A stretch of 64,000 nt of DNA from Phormidesmis sp. (GCA_965248535.1 CBDFJR010000002.1:2304001-2368000), one strand, 5' to 3'; shown: positions 42,342 to 52,984, counted from the first letter of the stretch. Program-made: numbers and translations. The notes: generated from the sequence alone by a model not told the origin.

Positions 42342-42719
42342 ATGCAAACGGGTCGATTCTTTTCACTAGGCAAAGGACGAGTCGGACAATATCTTTCTCC
42401 TAGAGTTTTAGTAGTGAAAACTCCGTTTCAAAAAGCTGTCAAGCTTCGAGAGACTTGCTACTTTGGCTTTGACAAATTAAGCCAAGCTCAAAAATTTGCC
42501 CAATCTCTCGCGAGGTCTGGCTATTTATTTCAACTCCAACAAAGCGAACTGCTGACCCAGTTTCCTCACGAAATCAAACTCTCTGGCAGCCCTGGCATCG
42601 CCAAGACTCTCGCCTATTGGGATCGGTTAGATCAAAAGCAACTGACCTCTGACAAGTGCCGTTCTGCTTCTCGTCAATTGGCTCAACCCGATCGAGCGAT
42701 CGCGCCCCTTGCCGCATAG
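42342..42719 (+). CDS. Hypothetical protein (start uncertain)
   Basis: 125-aa ORF, first gene of a co-oriented cluster. Confidence 0.55.
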   Translation: MQTGRFFSLGKGRVGQYLSPRVLVVKTPFQKAVKLRETCYFGFDKLSQAQKFAQSLARSGYLFQLQQSELLTQFPHEIKLSGSPGIAKTLAYWDRLDQKQLTSDKCRSASRQLAQPDRAIAPLAA

Positions 42720-42796
42720 CCATTCCTCCAATTTGCGAGTTGTCGTTGACGTGCATATTCACTACAATAGTACAAACGATTCAAGTTCTTCCCCCT

Positions 42797-43048
42797 ATGA
42801 CGAAACACTACATTCTCAACCTCGACCCCACCGCTAAATACGAATGGGATCGGTGCTCTCTGCGTGACCCCATCACCGCCGATCGTCCCGCTTTGGCTGA
42901 CTTGATTGCCGAAGCCATTGGCGAGCAGCCCGGCTCTTATCTCGTCGCCGTCAAGATCGAAGTCAATGTTTTAGAGCAGGCTCCCGCCCACGCCCACGAG
43001 TTGCCCACCCGCACAGCCCTACCCCAACTGCAAGAATTGGCTGCTTAG
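42797..43048 (+). CDS. Hypothetical protein (MTKHYILNL...)
   Basis: ATG 42797 in frame with track ORF 42656-43048. Confidence 0.6.
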   Translation: MTKHYILNLDPTAKYEWDRCSLRDPITADRPALADLIAEAIGEQPGSYLVAVKIEVNVLEQAPAHAHELPTRTALPQLQELAA

Positions 43049-43136
43049 AGAGCACGCAATAATCTCTGTTTTGTCGTTCGTAGTCTCAGTCTGTGGTGAC
43101 TGGTTTGGCTACTGGCTACTCACACCCTTTTGAGGA

Positions 43137-43520
43137 ATGTCAGGTATGAAACTTCGTTTAGGTCAATATCCCGCCGCGATCGCGCAAGCCGCCCAACACG
43201 TCAACGAGCTAGAGCAAAATATCGCAGAGATTCGTCAACATCTGGCTCGGCTCGAAGGCAATGCCGATATGGTCGTCGCCTTTGAAACGGCTCTTAAAAA
43301 TGACAACCAGCGCAAAGCTCGCCGTTTTGAGGTGCTGCAAGTCAACCAAGAATATTCTCGTGCGATCGACGCTCTCAACCGCGCCGCTACCGAAAAAGCC
43401 AACGCTCTAGCACACTTAGAACACTTGCGAAATGAGTTTAGCGTCGCCAAGCTCGAAACCCGACTGACGATCGCCCAACAGCTAACAGGTCTAGAGTCTC
43501 GTGAACTGGTCGGGTTATAA
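43137..43520 (+). CDS. Hypothetical coiled-coil protein
   Basis: GAGG just upstream; heptad pattern; LKNDNQRKARRFE. Confidence 0.75.
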   Translation: MSGMKLRLGQYPAAIAQAAQHVNELEQNIAEIRQHLARLEGNADMVVAFETALKNDNQRKARRFEVLQVNQEYSRAIDALNRAATEKANALAHLEHLRNEFSVAKLETRLTIAQQLTGLESRELVGL

Positions 43521-43540
43521 AAACCCCAGGTTAAATCATC

Positions 43541-43578
43541 TAAAGCAGTAGTGCCGATCGGGCCTACTGCTTTTTTAT
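43541..43578 (+). terminator. Intrinsic terminator
   Basis: AAAGCAGTAG...CTACTGCTTTTTT. Confidence 0.65.
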
Positions 43579-43701
43579 AGCGCAGGTTTATAGCGTCAGA
43601 CTTCTTATAAAATCTGCTCAAAAAAAAGACCTTCACGTTAAGCGGAGGTCAATAAATTGATTCAAGTTCTTGATCAAAGACTATTAGAAATTGGCACCTT
43701 T

Positions 43702-44073
43702 ATGCAAGAACAAATGGTAGATGTGATTCGTGAGTTGATGAAAACCCAGGGCATGAGCATTCGCAAAATCTCTGCCGAAATCGCGAGAGAACATGGGGGC
43801 AGCGCTTTGGGCTACACCCAGCAGATCAGCCGCATTTTGAACGATCCAGGTTACGATCCAAATTTTTCAACCGTTGAGAAAATTTTGACGGCGCTGAAAT
43901 GTTCGCTTTGGCAAACCAATCAAACCACGGATCTCAAACTTGTAGAAACTCGGCTTGATCGACTAGGCGACGATGTAGCCGAGATCAAATCGACGATCGC
44001 TGATCTCCACTACGCCCTATCAGAGATCAGCGATCGCTTAGAATTTTCAAACCTTACGACTCCTGAATCTTGA
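43702..44073 (+). CDS. XRE-like HTH protein with C-terminal coiled coil
   Basis: IRELMKTQGMSIRKIS...QISRIL...PNFSTVEKILTAL. Confidence 0.72.
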   Translation: MQEQMVDVIRELMKTQGMSIRKISAEIAREHGGSALGYTQQISRILNDPGYDPNFSTVEKILTALKCSLWQTNQTTDLKLVETRLDRLGDDVAEIKSTIADLHYALSEISDRLEFSNLTTPES

Positions 44074-44116
44074 CCAAGAGTGATAGAATTTCCCCTGTAT
44101 TGGCACACAACGCCCC

Positions 44117-44494
44117 ATGAGAATTCTGATTACGCCCCAAGAGCTTGAGCAATATCGAGCCGATCTCGCAGACCATCCTGCTGCTTTAGAGTCCCTGAGA
44201 GTCGTTGAAGACTGTGATGGCGATTTAGAAGACGCGGCGATCGCTCTAGCCATTCGCGCTGGGCAAGAACCTGACACCAGCGATCGCTGGCTCGAAGGCT
44301 TGGCCAAACGCTGGCGACACATTCTCTGCCACGCCGACTTAAAAGAGCAGCTAGAAGATGGGCTAACAGGGGCTGTGGTAGACGCGATCGCGGCAGACAC
44401 CGAGATTCCGACCAGACTTGTCACCCCGGTTGCCATCTATGTTCTCAAAACGGGAGTTCAAGGTTTTTGTCAGCCTCTAGCCGAAAAGTTGTAA
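44117..44494 (+). CDS. Hypothetical cyanobacterial protein
   Basis: 125-aa ORF with EDCDGDLEDAA motif. Confidence 0.7.
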   Translation: MRILITPQELEQYRADLADHPAALESLRVVEDCDGDLEDAAIALAIRAGQEPDTSDRWLEGLAKRWRHILCHADLKEQLEDGLTGAVVDAIAADTEIPTRLVTPVAIYVLKTGVQGFCQPLAEKL

Positions 44495-44623
44495 CCATTC
44501 ATCACAATCTCAGAAATTAGCGGCCGTCTACAATTTCGCCGTTACAATAAATCACGAACACGGGGCAAACATTTCGAGATGCGTTGAACTGCATCGAACT
44601 TTTGTGAGTGGACTAAGGCGACT

Positions 44624-45484
44624 ATGAAAAGAGAACTGAGACGGATCGAAGAGACATTGCACCAGATTGATCGGAAAACGCCCGCTTTATCAATGACAGG
44701 CGACAGTCAGGCTCCGTCTCGCTCTGGTTCGTCGTCTGCTGCACTCAAGCCCGTGTCTTTTGAGTTGCAGCCCAAGACCGCAAAAGTCAGCTCTGCTAAA
44801 GTCACGGCGTTGTCCCAACCTGCGTCGATCGAGACTCACTCGGCGATCGTCAAGCAGCTTTCGCCTGCGATCATTGACCCGGCTCCGTCGGCCATCCCTT
44901 CAGAATCACCCAAAGTTTTTGTTCAACCGTTTTCGGTCGAAGAGACTGGGGCAAAAGCGCCCAATCTGCCTAAGCTCAAGGCCCCCAGTTTTAGCAGCCA
45001 TCGGCATGGGGCAAACCCGGCTCTAGCGACTAATCTGCTCTACGAAATGCAAACGATCGTTGAAGGGTGGCAAACTGAGCTACACCAAATTTTGCGGCAA
45101 ATTCAAGATCTGTACTTAGAAGGGCCAATCGTTGATGGCTGGCTCGAATCTCACTCTCGCGAACCAGAGGTTGACTCGTCAGTGCTGCGCCATGCTGAAG
45201 TCGATCGCCTGATGGATTATGTAGAAGAAATCTGCTCAACGCCCAATCAGCCAATAGCCTGTGAGTCACCCCGCACGGGCTATCGGCTCTGTGGTCTTAA
45301 CCCTGACGGGCAGCTTTGGTCTTATCCCTGCCCGTCTGAGCAAGTGGCCAGTCTGAGTCTAGCGATCGCTCGTCATCAAAAACTTCGTCAGCTTTTAGGA
45401 CGCAAGCAAGATTTAGAAACTCGCCTCAATCATCTCGCGCAAACCCTCGTCATCATGCACAGTCACCTCAAAGAACAGAGTTGA
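44624..45484 (+). CDS. Hypothetical cyanobacterial protein (disordered N-terminus, coiled-coil C-terminus)
   Basis: 286-aa ORF; LYLEGPIVDGWLES, YRLCGL. Confidence 0.7.
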   Translation: MKRELRRIEETLHQIDRKTPALSMTGDSQAPSRSGSSSAALKPVSFELQPKTAKVSSAKVTALSQPASIETHSAIVKQLSPAIIDPAPSAIPSESPKVFVQPFSVEETGAKAPNLPKLKAPSFSSHRHGANPALATNLLYEMQTIVEGWQTELHQILRQIQDLYLEGPIVDGWLESHSREPEVDSSVLRHAEVDRLMDYVEEICSTPNQPIACESPRTGYRLCGLNPDGQLWSYPCPSEQVASLSLAIARHQKLRQLLGRKQDLETRLNHLAQTLVIMHSHLKEQS

Positions 45485-45608
45485 ACCCGTCCCCGGAGAT
45501 CTAACTTCATCTCAACTTTACCCAGAATTCTACGGATCTTAATTTTACGGCTGTGTGTTGTGATGTAAGCAAATGACGAGCGGCGAATTCTTTTGCGGAA
45601 ATTAAATC

Positions 45609-46547
45609 ATGCCTGAACCTCAGGTGTCTGCCATTATTTGCACCCACAACCGAGAACGCTATTTAGGAGCCGCGATCGACAGTCTGCTCTCCCAAACCTT
45701 CGCCGATTTTGAAGTGGTGGTGGTTGATAATGCCTCTAGCGATCGCACCCACGAGGTTGTAGAGTCCCGCTTGAGCGATTCTCGCGCCTGCGCTATGTTT
45801 ACGAGCCAGTCACAGGTCTCTCAGTGGCCCGCAACACCGGAGCCAACCCACGCCAAAAGTGGCATCCTGGCTTACTTAGATGACGATGCGATCGCCAGCC
45901 CTCACTGGCTGCAAACGCTGTGGAACGCCTACCAGTCCAATCAAAAACTCGCGATCGCAGGCGGCAAAGTCACCCTGATTTGGGCCGAGGGCATGGTCGC
46001 TCCGGTCTGGCTCTCAGACGGGTTAGCCGGAAATTTAGGCGCTTATGACTTAGGCGCTGCCGTGCTTTATATCGATCGCCCCGGCCTCACCCCCAGAGGC
46101 TTAAACTATGCCGTTCGCCGAACGTTTTTAGAACAAATTGGCGGTTTTGACCCAAATCTGGGTCGAGTCGGCAGAAATCTTCTGTCTAACGAAGAACTGC
46201 ACATGACAAATCTGGCTCTGCAAACCGGGTGGCAAGTGGCCTATCTACCAGACGCGCTCGTTGCTCACCACGTCTCCCCCGATCGCGTCAGGCGAAGCTG
46301 GTTTTTGAGTCGTGGCTGGTGGCAAGGCATCAGCGAGTGTTATCGAGAACAAATTGCGGGCGAAGCAGGGGTGGGGCAATTTCAACGAGGCGGAGAGCGA
46401 CTGCTGCGGGGACTCTATAAATCAGTCAAATTCGCGGCAGATCCCGCTCAACGGTTTGAAAACCTGGTCTACAGCTATGGTCAAATCGGTTATCTCAGCA
46501 AAGCTGCCCAAGGGCTGATGTCGGCAAAAGCTTTGACTCGATCGTAG
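45609..46547 (+). CDS. Glycosyltransferase family 2 with an internal compensated frameshift (~45781-45855)
   Basis: ICTHNR, VVDNAS, YLDDDA; expected GLSVARNTGA lies in another frame. Confidence 0.85.
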   Translation: MPEPQVSAIICTHNRERYLGAAIDSLLSQTFADFEVVVVDNASSDRTHEVVESRLSDSRACAMFTSQSQVSQWPATPEPTHAKSGILAYLDDDAIASPHWLQTLWNAYQSNQKLAIAGGKVTLIWAEGMVAPVWLSDGLAGNLGAYDLGAAVLYIDRPGLTPRGLNYAVRRTFLEQIGGFDPNLGRVGRNLLSNEELHMTNLALQTGWQVAYLPDALVAHHVSPDRVRRSWFLSRGWWQGISECYREQIAGEAGVGQFQRGGERLLRGLYKSVKFAADPAQRFENLVYSYGQIGYLSKAAQGLMSAKALTRS

Positions 46548-46762
46548 AAAAAACTCCCGCGATCGCATCCCAACCGATTTGCCCAGCCAAAACTTAAGAA
46601 ACCCCGTAAATTAGACTTGATTAATTTTCTCGACTAAGATCTATGGAACTATAATTTTTAAGCTCGATCGGTCTTTCCTGAATGCGTCTTTCCTAACCTT
46701 CTCAGGTTTCACTAGTGCACTTTTCGGCTACAGCTTTCTACCCACTCTCGACGCGATTTGCC

Positions 46763-48259
46763 ATGAATGCGATTCAGGTTTCTGACAACCCCGCGCCCCA
46801 GGCAGCTAATTCAGTCCGGTTGCTCATCCAAGATGCTTATAACCAAGGGGCCACTGCTCTCTATTTGCAGATTGGTCGCACGCCGTTTTATCGCATTCAC
46901 GGCAAACTGATCTCGCAAGACCATTTGCCCATTCTCACCCCCGATCGCTTCAGTCACTATGTGCAAGAGGTGCTAACCCCCGACCAACTCAAACACTACC
47001 GAGAAGCTCAAAAGCTCGATACCAGTGCTCAAATTCCGGGCTTTATGCAAGCGCGAGTCAACTGCGGGCCAACGACGCAGGGCGTGCAGACTATGAGTTT
47101 AAGCTCGATCGTCCTCGACCTGCCCAGTGAGCTAGAGCGCCAAGGCACCATCCGCTCTATGGTTGATGATGCCTGCAAAAAAGGAGCTTCTGACATTCAC
47201 CTACAGGTGGGTGAGGTGCCCCGCTATCGCATTCAGGGGCACATTCGACTGCAAGAGCAATATGGAGTCATTACGCCACAACAGTTTGAAGAGTTTTTGT
47301 CAGAAGTCTTGTCAGCCGAACAAACCGAGCAGTTTCGTAAACGACAGGAGCTAGATACCGCCATTTTCTATAAAGAATTGGTGCGTTGTCGAGTCAACTG
47401 TGCCCAGTCGGTGATGGGCGGCGTAATGGTGCTGCGATTAATTTCTCTAGAAGTGCCGACGATCGCCAAAATCGGGCTGCCAGACATCTTGAGCAAATTA
47501 GCAGAAGAGCGGCAGGGCTTAATCTTAGTCACCGGGCCGGTCAACTCTGGTAAGTCCACCACTTTGGCGGCAATGCTGCGTCACGTCAATGACTCTCTAG
47601 CGCGCAAGATTGTGACGATCGAAGACCCGATCGAATATGTCCACACCTCCAACCAGTGTTTAATCACTCAGCGAGAAGTCGGGCTGCACACCCAAGAATT
47701 TAAGGAAGCCCTGCGGGCCGCCTTGCGACAAGATCCCGACATTATTTTGATCGGAGAAATGCGCGATCGTGAAACCGTTGACACGGCCATCCGAGCCGCT
47801 TTAACTGGGCACTTAGTTTTAGGCACGCTGCACACAAAAGGCACGGTGAATGCCGTCAAGCGATTGCTCAACTTTTATTCGCCTGAAGAACAAGATATCG
47901 TCAGAATGCAGATCGTAGAAGGGCTGCGGGCAGTTATCGGTCAAGCCCTAGTGCCGACCGTTAAAGGAGGACGGGTCGCAGCTTTAGAAATTATGCTCAA
48001 CACCGATACAATTCGTGACTATCTGCAACGAGGCATCATTGATGAAATTTATCAATTGATGGAGGAGGGCAAAGATGGCTCTCAAACCCTCAATCAGGCG
48101 CTCTTTGACCTCTATGAAGGAGGAATAGTCAGTCAGAGCGATGCCTTATCAGTCGCGCTCAACCCTGAAGATCTCGGCTACATGATCAAAAACTATACCC
48201 GTCGCTCTAGTCGCTCAGGCTTGATGACGACCGAATATTTTAATAAGACTCCGACTTGA
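46763..48259 (+). CDS. PilT/PilU-family type IV pilus ATPase with duplicated N-terminal domain
   Basis: GPVNSGKSTT, TIEDPIEY, LRQDPDIILIGEMRD, TGHLVLGTLH. Confidence 0.88.
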   Translation: MNAIQVSDNPAPQAANSVRLLIQDAYNQGATALYLQIGRTPFYRIHGKLISQDHLPILTPDRFSHYVQEVLTPDQLKHYREAQKLDTSAQIPGFMQARVNCGPTTQGVQTMSLSSIVLDLPSELERQGTIRSMVDDACKKGASDIHLQVGEVPRYRIQGHIRLQEQYGVITPQQFEEFLSEVLSAEQTEQFRKRQELDTAIFYKELVRCRVNCAQSVMGGVMVLRLISLEVPTIAKIGLPDILSKLAEERQGLILVTGPVNSGKSTTLAAMLRHVNDSLARKIVTIEDPIEYVHTSNQCLITQREVGLHTQEFKEALRAALRQDPDIILIGEMRDRETVDTAIRAALTGHLVLGTLHTKGTVNAVKRLLNFYSPEEQDIVRMQIVEGLRAVIGQALVPTVKGGRVAALEIMLNTDTIRDYLQRGIIDEIYQLMEEGKDGSQTLNQALFDLYEGGIVSQSDALSVALNPEDLGYMIKNYTRRSSRSGLMTTEYFNKTPT

Positions 48260-48304
48260 AGCGATTAGCGCTTTTGAGCGTCCCGTTTTGAGATCACCGA
48301 TCGA

Positions 48305-48332
48305 GGAGGCATAACCCCTATGCCTCTTTTTT
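48305..48332 (+). terminator. Intrinsic terminator
   Basis: GGAGGCATA-ACCCC-TATGCCTC followed by a T run. Confidence 0.6.
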
Positions 48333-48713
48333 ATGGCCGCTTCAAGAATGGCTCAAAGTTCTATCAGGCTGTCGCTTCAGCCAATTCTTAAGGTTTGAGA
48401 GATTGGATTTCTTTGCTCATACACTATTAAGGAATGTGAAGAAGTAGATAAGTGTGTGCTCAAAGATACAAAAGCGCCATCTTAGCCGACTTTAACCCTG
48501 ATGAATAGCGGAATCTGGGGCATCTCCGACGATAAATTACACCAAAAGTTAAAACATTCTGTTGCTTAAGTTCATCTAACTTAACAAACTAGGGTAATAT
48601 AGGGCGGTAGGTACAAATTCTTACAGCTTCACTTAGTTCCTACTGAATCCGTTAAAAAACGGTGCTTTACATCGAACAGAACTCTCTCCCTTCATCCCTA
48701 CATTTTTGTTCTC

Positions 48714-50321
48714 ATGGTGAGTACTCAATTTCCTTGGTTAACGACCATCACTCTGTTGCCCCTGGCAGCGTCTCTCTTCATCCCAATCATTCCCGACAAA
48801 CAAGGTAAAACCGTTCGCTGGTATGCTCTTGGCGTTGGTTTAGTCGATCTGGCACTGATGATTTATGCCTTCTGGCAGCATTACGACTTTCAAAATCCTG
48901 GCTTTCAGTTAGCTGAAACCTACGCCTGGGTGCCTCAAATTGCAATCAACTGGTCGTTGGCGATCGACGGTCTCTCAATGCCGCTAGTCGTCTTAACAGG
49001 GTTAGTGACAACGCTCTCACTTTTGGCCGGGTGGAAGGTCACCGAAAAACCTCGTCTGTTTTATTTTCTAATGCTGGCGATGTATAGCGCTCAACTGGGC
49101 GTGTTTTGCGCCCAAGACATGATCCAGTTTTTCCTAATGTGGGAAATTGAACTGGTTCCGGTCTATATCTTGATCGCGATTTGGGGTGGGCCCAAGCGTC
49201 AATATGCCGCGACTAAATTTATTCTCTATACCGCGATCGGGTCTATTTTTATCTTGATTGCGGCGCTAGCAATGGCTTTCTTTGGCGATCATGTGACATT
49301 TAACATGACTGAGCTAGGGCTGAAAGACTATTCGCTAACCTTTGAGCTATTGGCTTACGCTGGCTTTTTGATCGCCTTTGGGGTCAAACTGCCGATTTTC
49401 CCCTTTCACACTTGGCTGCCCGATGCTCACGGCGAAGCGTCTGCTCCCGTCTCAATGATTTTGGCAGGCGTTTTGCTCAAAATGGGTGGCTATGCGCTGA
49501 TTCGCATCAATATGGAGATGCTGCCCGACGCTCACGTTTTCTTCGCCCCCATGCTGGCCATCTTGGGAATCGTCAACATTATTTATGGGGCGCTGGCTTC
49601 CTTTGCCCAACGCAATCTTAAGCGGCGCATGGCTTACTCCTCGATTTCGCACATGGGGTTTGTGATTTTAGGTCTGGCCTCATTCACCGAGCTTGGGACG
49701 AGTGGCGCAGTGCTGCAAATGGTGTCTCACGGTTTGATTGCGGCGGCGCTGTTCTTCTTGGCGGGGATCACCTACGATCGTACCCACACGCTCAACCTCG
49801 ACGACATGGGCGGACTGGCGAAGAAAATGCCGACGGTGTTTGCGCTGTTTACAGTTGGGTCGATGGCATCCCTGGCGCTCCCCGGCATGAGCGGGTTTGT
49901 GGGAGAGTTGGCAGTGTTTTTAGGATTCACAACGAGTGATGCTTACAACTCAACCTTCAAGGCTGTCGTCATTCTATTATCGGCAGTTGGGCTGATTGTC
50001 ACCCCGATTTATCTGCTGTCAATGCTGCGAGAAGTGTTTTATGGTCAAGAAGGCAAGGCAGGCGCAGGAAAATTTTTGCCTGATGCGAAGCCTCGTGAGT
50101 CATTCATCGCGGCTTGTTTGCTGATTCCGGTGATCGCGATCGGGTTATATCCCAAGCTAATCACTCAAACCTACGATGTGAAGACCGTTCAGATCGCTGC
50201 CCACGTTCGGCATTCGATTCCTCTGGTTGCTGGCAAGCCCTTGGATGATCTGCCTCACTTCTCGATTGCGCCTACTTTTTCAAACTCTGTAACGAGTGAG
50301 CTTCTAGGAATCGTGAAGTAA
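48714..50321 (+). CDS. ndhD: NAD(P)H-quinone oxidoreductase subunit 4 (NdhD1/D2-type)
   Basis: [50 protein letters not shown]. Confidence 0.95.
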   Translation: MVSTQFPWLTTITLLPLAASLFIPIIPDKQGKTVRWYALGVGLVDLALMIYAFWQHYDFQNPGFQLAETYAWVPQIAINWSLAIDGLSMPLVVLTGLVTTLSLLAGWKVTEKPRLFYFLMLAMYSAQLGVFCAQDMIQFFLMWEIELVPVYILIAIWGGPKRQYAATKFILYTAIGSIFILIAALAMAFFGDHVTFNMTELGLKDYSLTFELLAYAGFLIAFGVKLPIFPFHTWLPDAHGEASAPVSMILAGVLLKMGGYALIRINMEMLPDAHVFFAPMLAILGIVNIIYGALASFAQRNLKRRMAYSSISHMGFVILGLASFTELGTSGAVLQMVSHGLIAAALFFLAGITYDRTHTLNLDDMGGLAKKMPTVFALFTVGSMASLALPGMSGFVGELAVFLGFTTSDAYNSTFKAVVILLSAVGLIVTPIYLLSMLREVFYGQEGKAGAGKFLPDAKPRESFIAACLLIPVIAIGLYPKLITQTYDVKTVQIAAHVRHSIPLVAGKPLDDLPHFSIAPTFSNSVTSELLGIVK

Positions 50322-50338
50322 CCGTCTATCAGTTCAAA

Positions 50339-50378
50339 CTAAAAGCTTGGAGGTCAGGTGTCTCCAAGCTTTTTTAGT
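50339..50378. terminator. Bidirectional terminator between convergent ndhD and nblB
   Basis: AAAAGCTTGGAG...CTCCAAGCTTTTTT. Confidence 0.75.
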
Positions 50379-50398
50379 GGGTTGAAATCACAGCCCCT

Positions 50399-51076
50399 TT
50401 ACGCGGGGTCTACTAACTTTTGCAGCGACAACGTAGCGGATTGACTGACGTTAGAGTTGGAGTCTTTCTCTAAATACTTCAGGGCAGCAATGCTTTTCTC
50501 GCTGGGCAACTGACCTAACGCCTCAGCGAGTCGTTGCCGCACCAACCAATCTTCAGACTGAGCAAACCGGAGGATTTGATCGACTGCATCCACGGCTTTG
50601 ATTTCACCAAGCGCGGCGATCGCGGCCTGCTGCAACACCACTTCATCACTGTCCAACGCTTGAACCAACACGTCTCTAGCACGAGGATCTTTGAGGTTGC
50701 CCAGTGCCACTGCCGCGCTAAATCTCACTAACCAATCTGTATCTTCATAAAACGCTCTGACGAGTGGCTCAAGCGCTCGAATATCTTCGAGATAGCCCAG
50801 GGCACCTGCGGCATCAGCCCGAATGCCATAGTCTTTCTCAGACTCTAAAAGCTTAACCAGGATGGGATAGCACTCTTCGGTGGGCTTGAGTCCTAACGCA
50901 AAGACGGCCATTGAGCGAATTTGTAGACTCTGATCGTTCAGCACTTTTTTAATCAACGGCACAGCATCTTCGGCAGAGACATTTCTCAGAGAAGCCAACG
51001 CTATCATGCGATCGCGAGAGTTTTCGCTGTCTAGTTGGCTCGAAATTTGCTCTAGGCTGAGACTCATAGTTTTCAC
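50399..51076 (-). CDS. nblB: Phycobilisome degradation protein NblB (HEAT repeats)
   Basis: DYGIRADAAGALGYL, AFYEDTDWLVRFSAAVALGNL, EDWLVRQRLAEAL. Confidence 0.85.
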   Translation of the reverse strand: MKTMSLSLEQISSQLDSENSRDRMIALASLRNVSAEDAVPLIKKVLNDQSLQIRSMAVFALGLKPTEECYPILVKLLESEKDYGIRADAAGALGYLEDIRALEPLVRAFYEDTDWLVRFSAAVALGNLKDPRARDVLVQALDSDEVVLQQAAIAALGEIKAVDAVDQILRFAQSEDWLVRQRLAEALGQLPSEKSIAALKYLEKDSNSNVSQSATLSLQKLVDPA

Positions 51077-51409
51077 AAATCTTTATATTCTTACGTCTAT
51101 TGTAAGCAACGCTAGGGCGGTTGATCAATCTTCTCGACACCAACCCCGGTAGCTACGCCAGTCTGGGCGACGCTCAAGTTGTCGATCGCCTTGCCAATCT
51201 CACCGATTCATCCGTCTCAAGTTGCGCGATCGTCCAAGGAGAATAGATTGACCTAGCTGCACGATCGAAACAGCATTAATCAACCCTTACGCTCATTCAA
51301 CATTTTCTCACTGGCATTCAATCCACGATCGGACTGCTGATGCGCTAACGTTGTTCCGATTTTCTTTCTACGAAATTTTCCCAATTTCTCCTCTAAATTC
51401 CTAAAGTGC

Positions 51410-51748
51410 TCAAACCCAAAACAGCGGATTGGGATAAAGCAGGATAGCAAGAAGACCGTCCATAAGCCAGTCATTAGAAAGGGTAGCGATCGAGCCATCA
51501 GCCGTGATGGGGGGCGGCAATGGTTTGAAGAAGTTAATCACTAGGGCCAGCCCGGCGGCGATCGCCATTGCCCCTAACCCAACTGAGAGCCAAACGAGGC
51601 TATCGTTTTGGGCTTTGAGTTGCTCGAATAGTTGCAGGGGCACTAATTGGTAGTTGATGCCCTGGTTGGTGACGATCGGAAAGTCTGTCTGAGGTCTGGG
51701 GGGCGGTGGATTCCACGGAATCACTCTAGGCTTTGTGATTTGGTTCAT
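51410..51748 (-). CDS. Hypothetical membrane protein (mobile-element remnant)
   Basis: 112-aa ORF, Pro-rich, one clear TM helix. Confidence 0.45.
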   Translation of the reverse strand: MNQITKPRVIPWNPPPPRPQTDFPIVTNQGINYQLVPLQLFEQLKAQNDSLVWLSVGLGAMAIAAGLALVINFFKPLPPPITADGSIATLSNDWLMDGLLAILLYPNPLFWV

Positions 51749-51926
51749 AATTTTGGGTGAGATGATTTAGACAAAAAAGGACGATCGCTTCCCGGCTAGT
51801 GGGGAGGCGATCGCCCTTTTTTAATTAGATGCAGCGATTGAATAGACAATGTAATTCTCCATAGGTGGTTTAAGTCTTCTGTGAAGCATCCAGGGAGAGT
51901 GAGCGCTCTGCCCTGGTTTTGAGTTT

Positions 51927-52181
51927 TTAGCGACATACCTCCCGGCGATGCCCGACGGCGACGACTGTGACGACTAGAACTTCGTCGTAGATTTCGTAGA
52001 TGACTCGGTAGCCACGAACGCGAATGCGGTAGGCATCTTCTGCTGACATTTTCTTCACACCCATTGGTCTAGGTGTTGTGGAGAGGCAGTCAACAGCCTC
52101 TCGAATCTCAAGTTGGATGTCTGATGGCAACTTTTTGAGTTGCCGTCGAGCAGATGAAGAGAACTCAGTCCGATAGGTCAT
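51927..52181 (-). CDS. relE: RelE/ParE-family toxin
   Basis: MTYRTEFSSSARRQLKKL...PRPMGVKK...YRIRVRGYRVIYEI...VGHRREV. Confidence 0.9.
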   Translation of the reverse strand: MTYRTEFSSSARRQLKKLPSDIQLEIREAVDCLSTTPRPMGVKKMSAEDAYRIRVRGYRVIYEIYDEVLVVTVVAVGHRREVCR

Positions 52182-52492
52182 TGGGGCAGCCCTAGCTCTT
52201 GCTTGACTTGCTCCCAAGGAATGGTGCCTTCTCGTTTCATTTCTTCACGAGCGGCGTGAAGGGCTTCAAGGTCTTCTTGCAGTTCGAGTGCTTCTTGTTC
52301 TCGCTGACGAGTGACGAATTCAATAAAGTGGAGAGCTTTTTCCTCTATCGGCTCTGAGTCTACTTCGGGTTGTTCTTGCTGTCGGCGGTGATTGAGGTAT
52401 AGAACAAAGTCTAAAACCTCGTACTGCACTTGCTCTGGTGTCTGTTTGAGTTCTTCAAGAAGCTCATTCAGAATGAGTTGTGTGATGTCCAT
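52178..52492 (-). CDS. Cognate antitoxin (DUF2281-like)
   Basis: EVLDFVLYL, acidic; C-terminal TIPWEQVKQELGL; ATGA overlap with toxin. Confidence 0.78.
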   Translation of the reverse strand: MDITQLILNELLEELKQTPEQVQYEVLDFVLYLNHRRQQEQPEVDSEPIEEKALHFIEFVTRQREQEALELQEDLEALHAAREEMKREGTIPWEQVKQELGLPQ

Positions 52493-52635
52493 GTTTTGAC
52501 GGGGTTGTAATGGATATCTTCATTGTCTGACATGATTGGGGTGTCCTTTTGACGGGACGGGTCAGGGTCTATGACACGCTGACTTAAAAGTTTTTACCTC
52601 CTAATGAATCGTTGATAGCGCTGAAGTGTGATGGG

Positions 52636-52911
52636 TCACGCCTCAGCGCTTTTATTTTGCTCCTCCATATCGTCTGGGATGCCTGCTACATCAATCCCCA
52701 TATCCATACAAAGTTGCTTTAGAGGTAAGCGCAGAGATCGCGCTAACAAGACAGCACGATCAAGCCGTGGAAGGAACTTTCCAGTCTCCCAGTCGTAGAT
52801 GTTGCGTTCAGAGACACCAACATCTCTACCCACCTGAACCCTTGTCTTGCCTAGCTCTTCCCTACGTTTTCTCAATGGGGATTTCTCCTGAGAGTTACCT
52901 TTGTCAACCAT
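52636..52911 (-). CDS. XRE-family HTH regulator
   Basis: LRKRREELGKTRVQVGRDVGVSERNIYDWETGKFLP. Confidence 0.88.
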   Translation of the reverse strand: MVDKGNSQEKSPLRKRREELGKTRVQVGRDVGVSERNIYDWETGKFLPRLDRAVLLARSLRLPLKQLCMDMGIDVAGIPDDMEEQNKSAEA

Positions 52912-52915
52912 AACG

Positions 52916-52984
52916 TGAGGTGTACTTCATGAGGCATACCTCATTTTTAATCGAATCGCACGAAAAAACATGAGGTATGCCTCA
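52916..52984. promoter_or_regulatory. Three palindromic operators TGAGG-N4-C(C/T)TCA
   Basis: TGAGGTGTACTTCA 52916-52929, TGAGGCATACCTCA 52930-52943, TGAGGTATGCCTCA 52971-52984. Confidence 0.8.
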
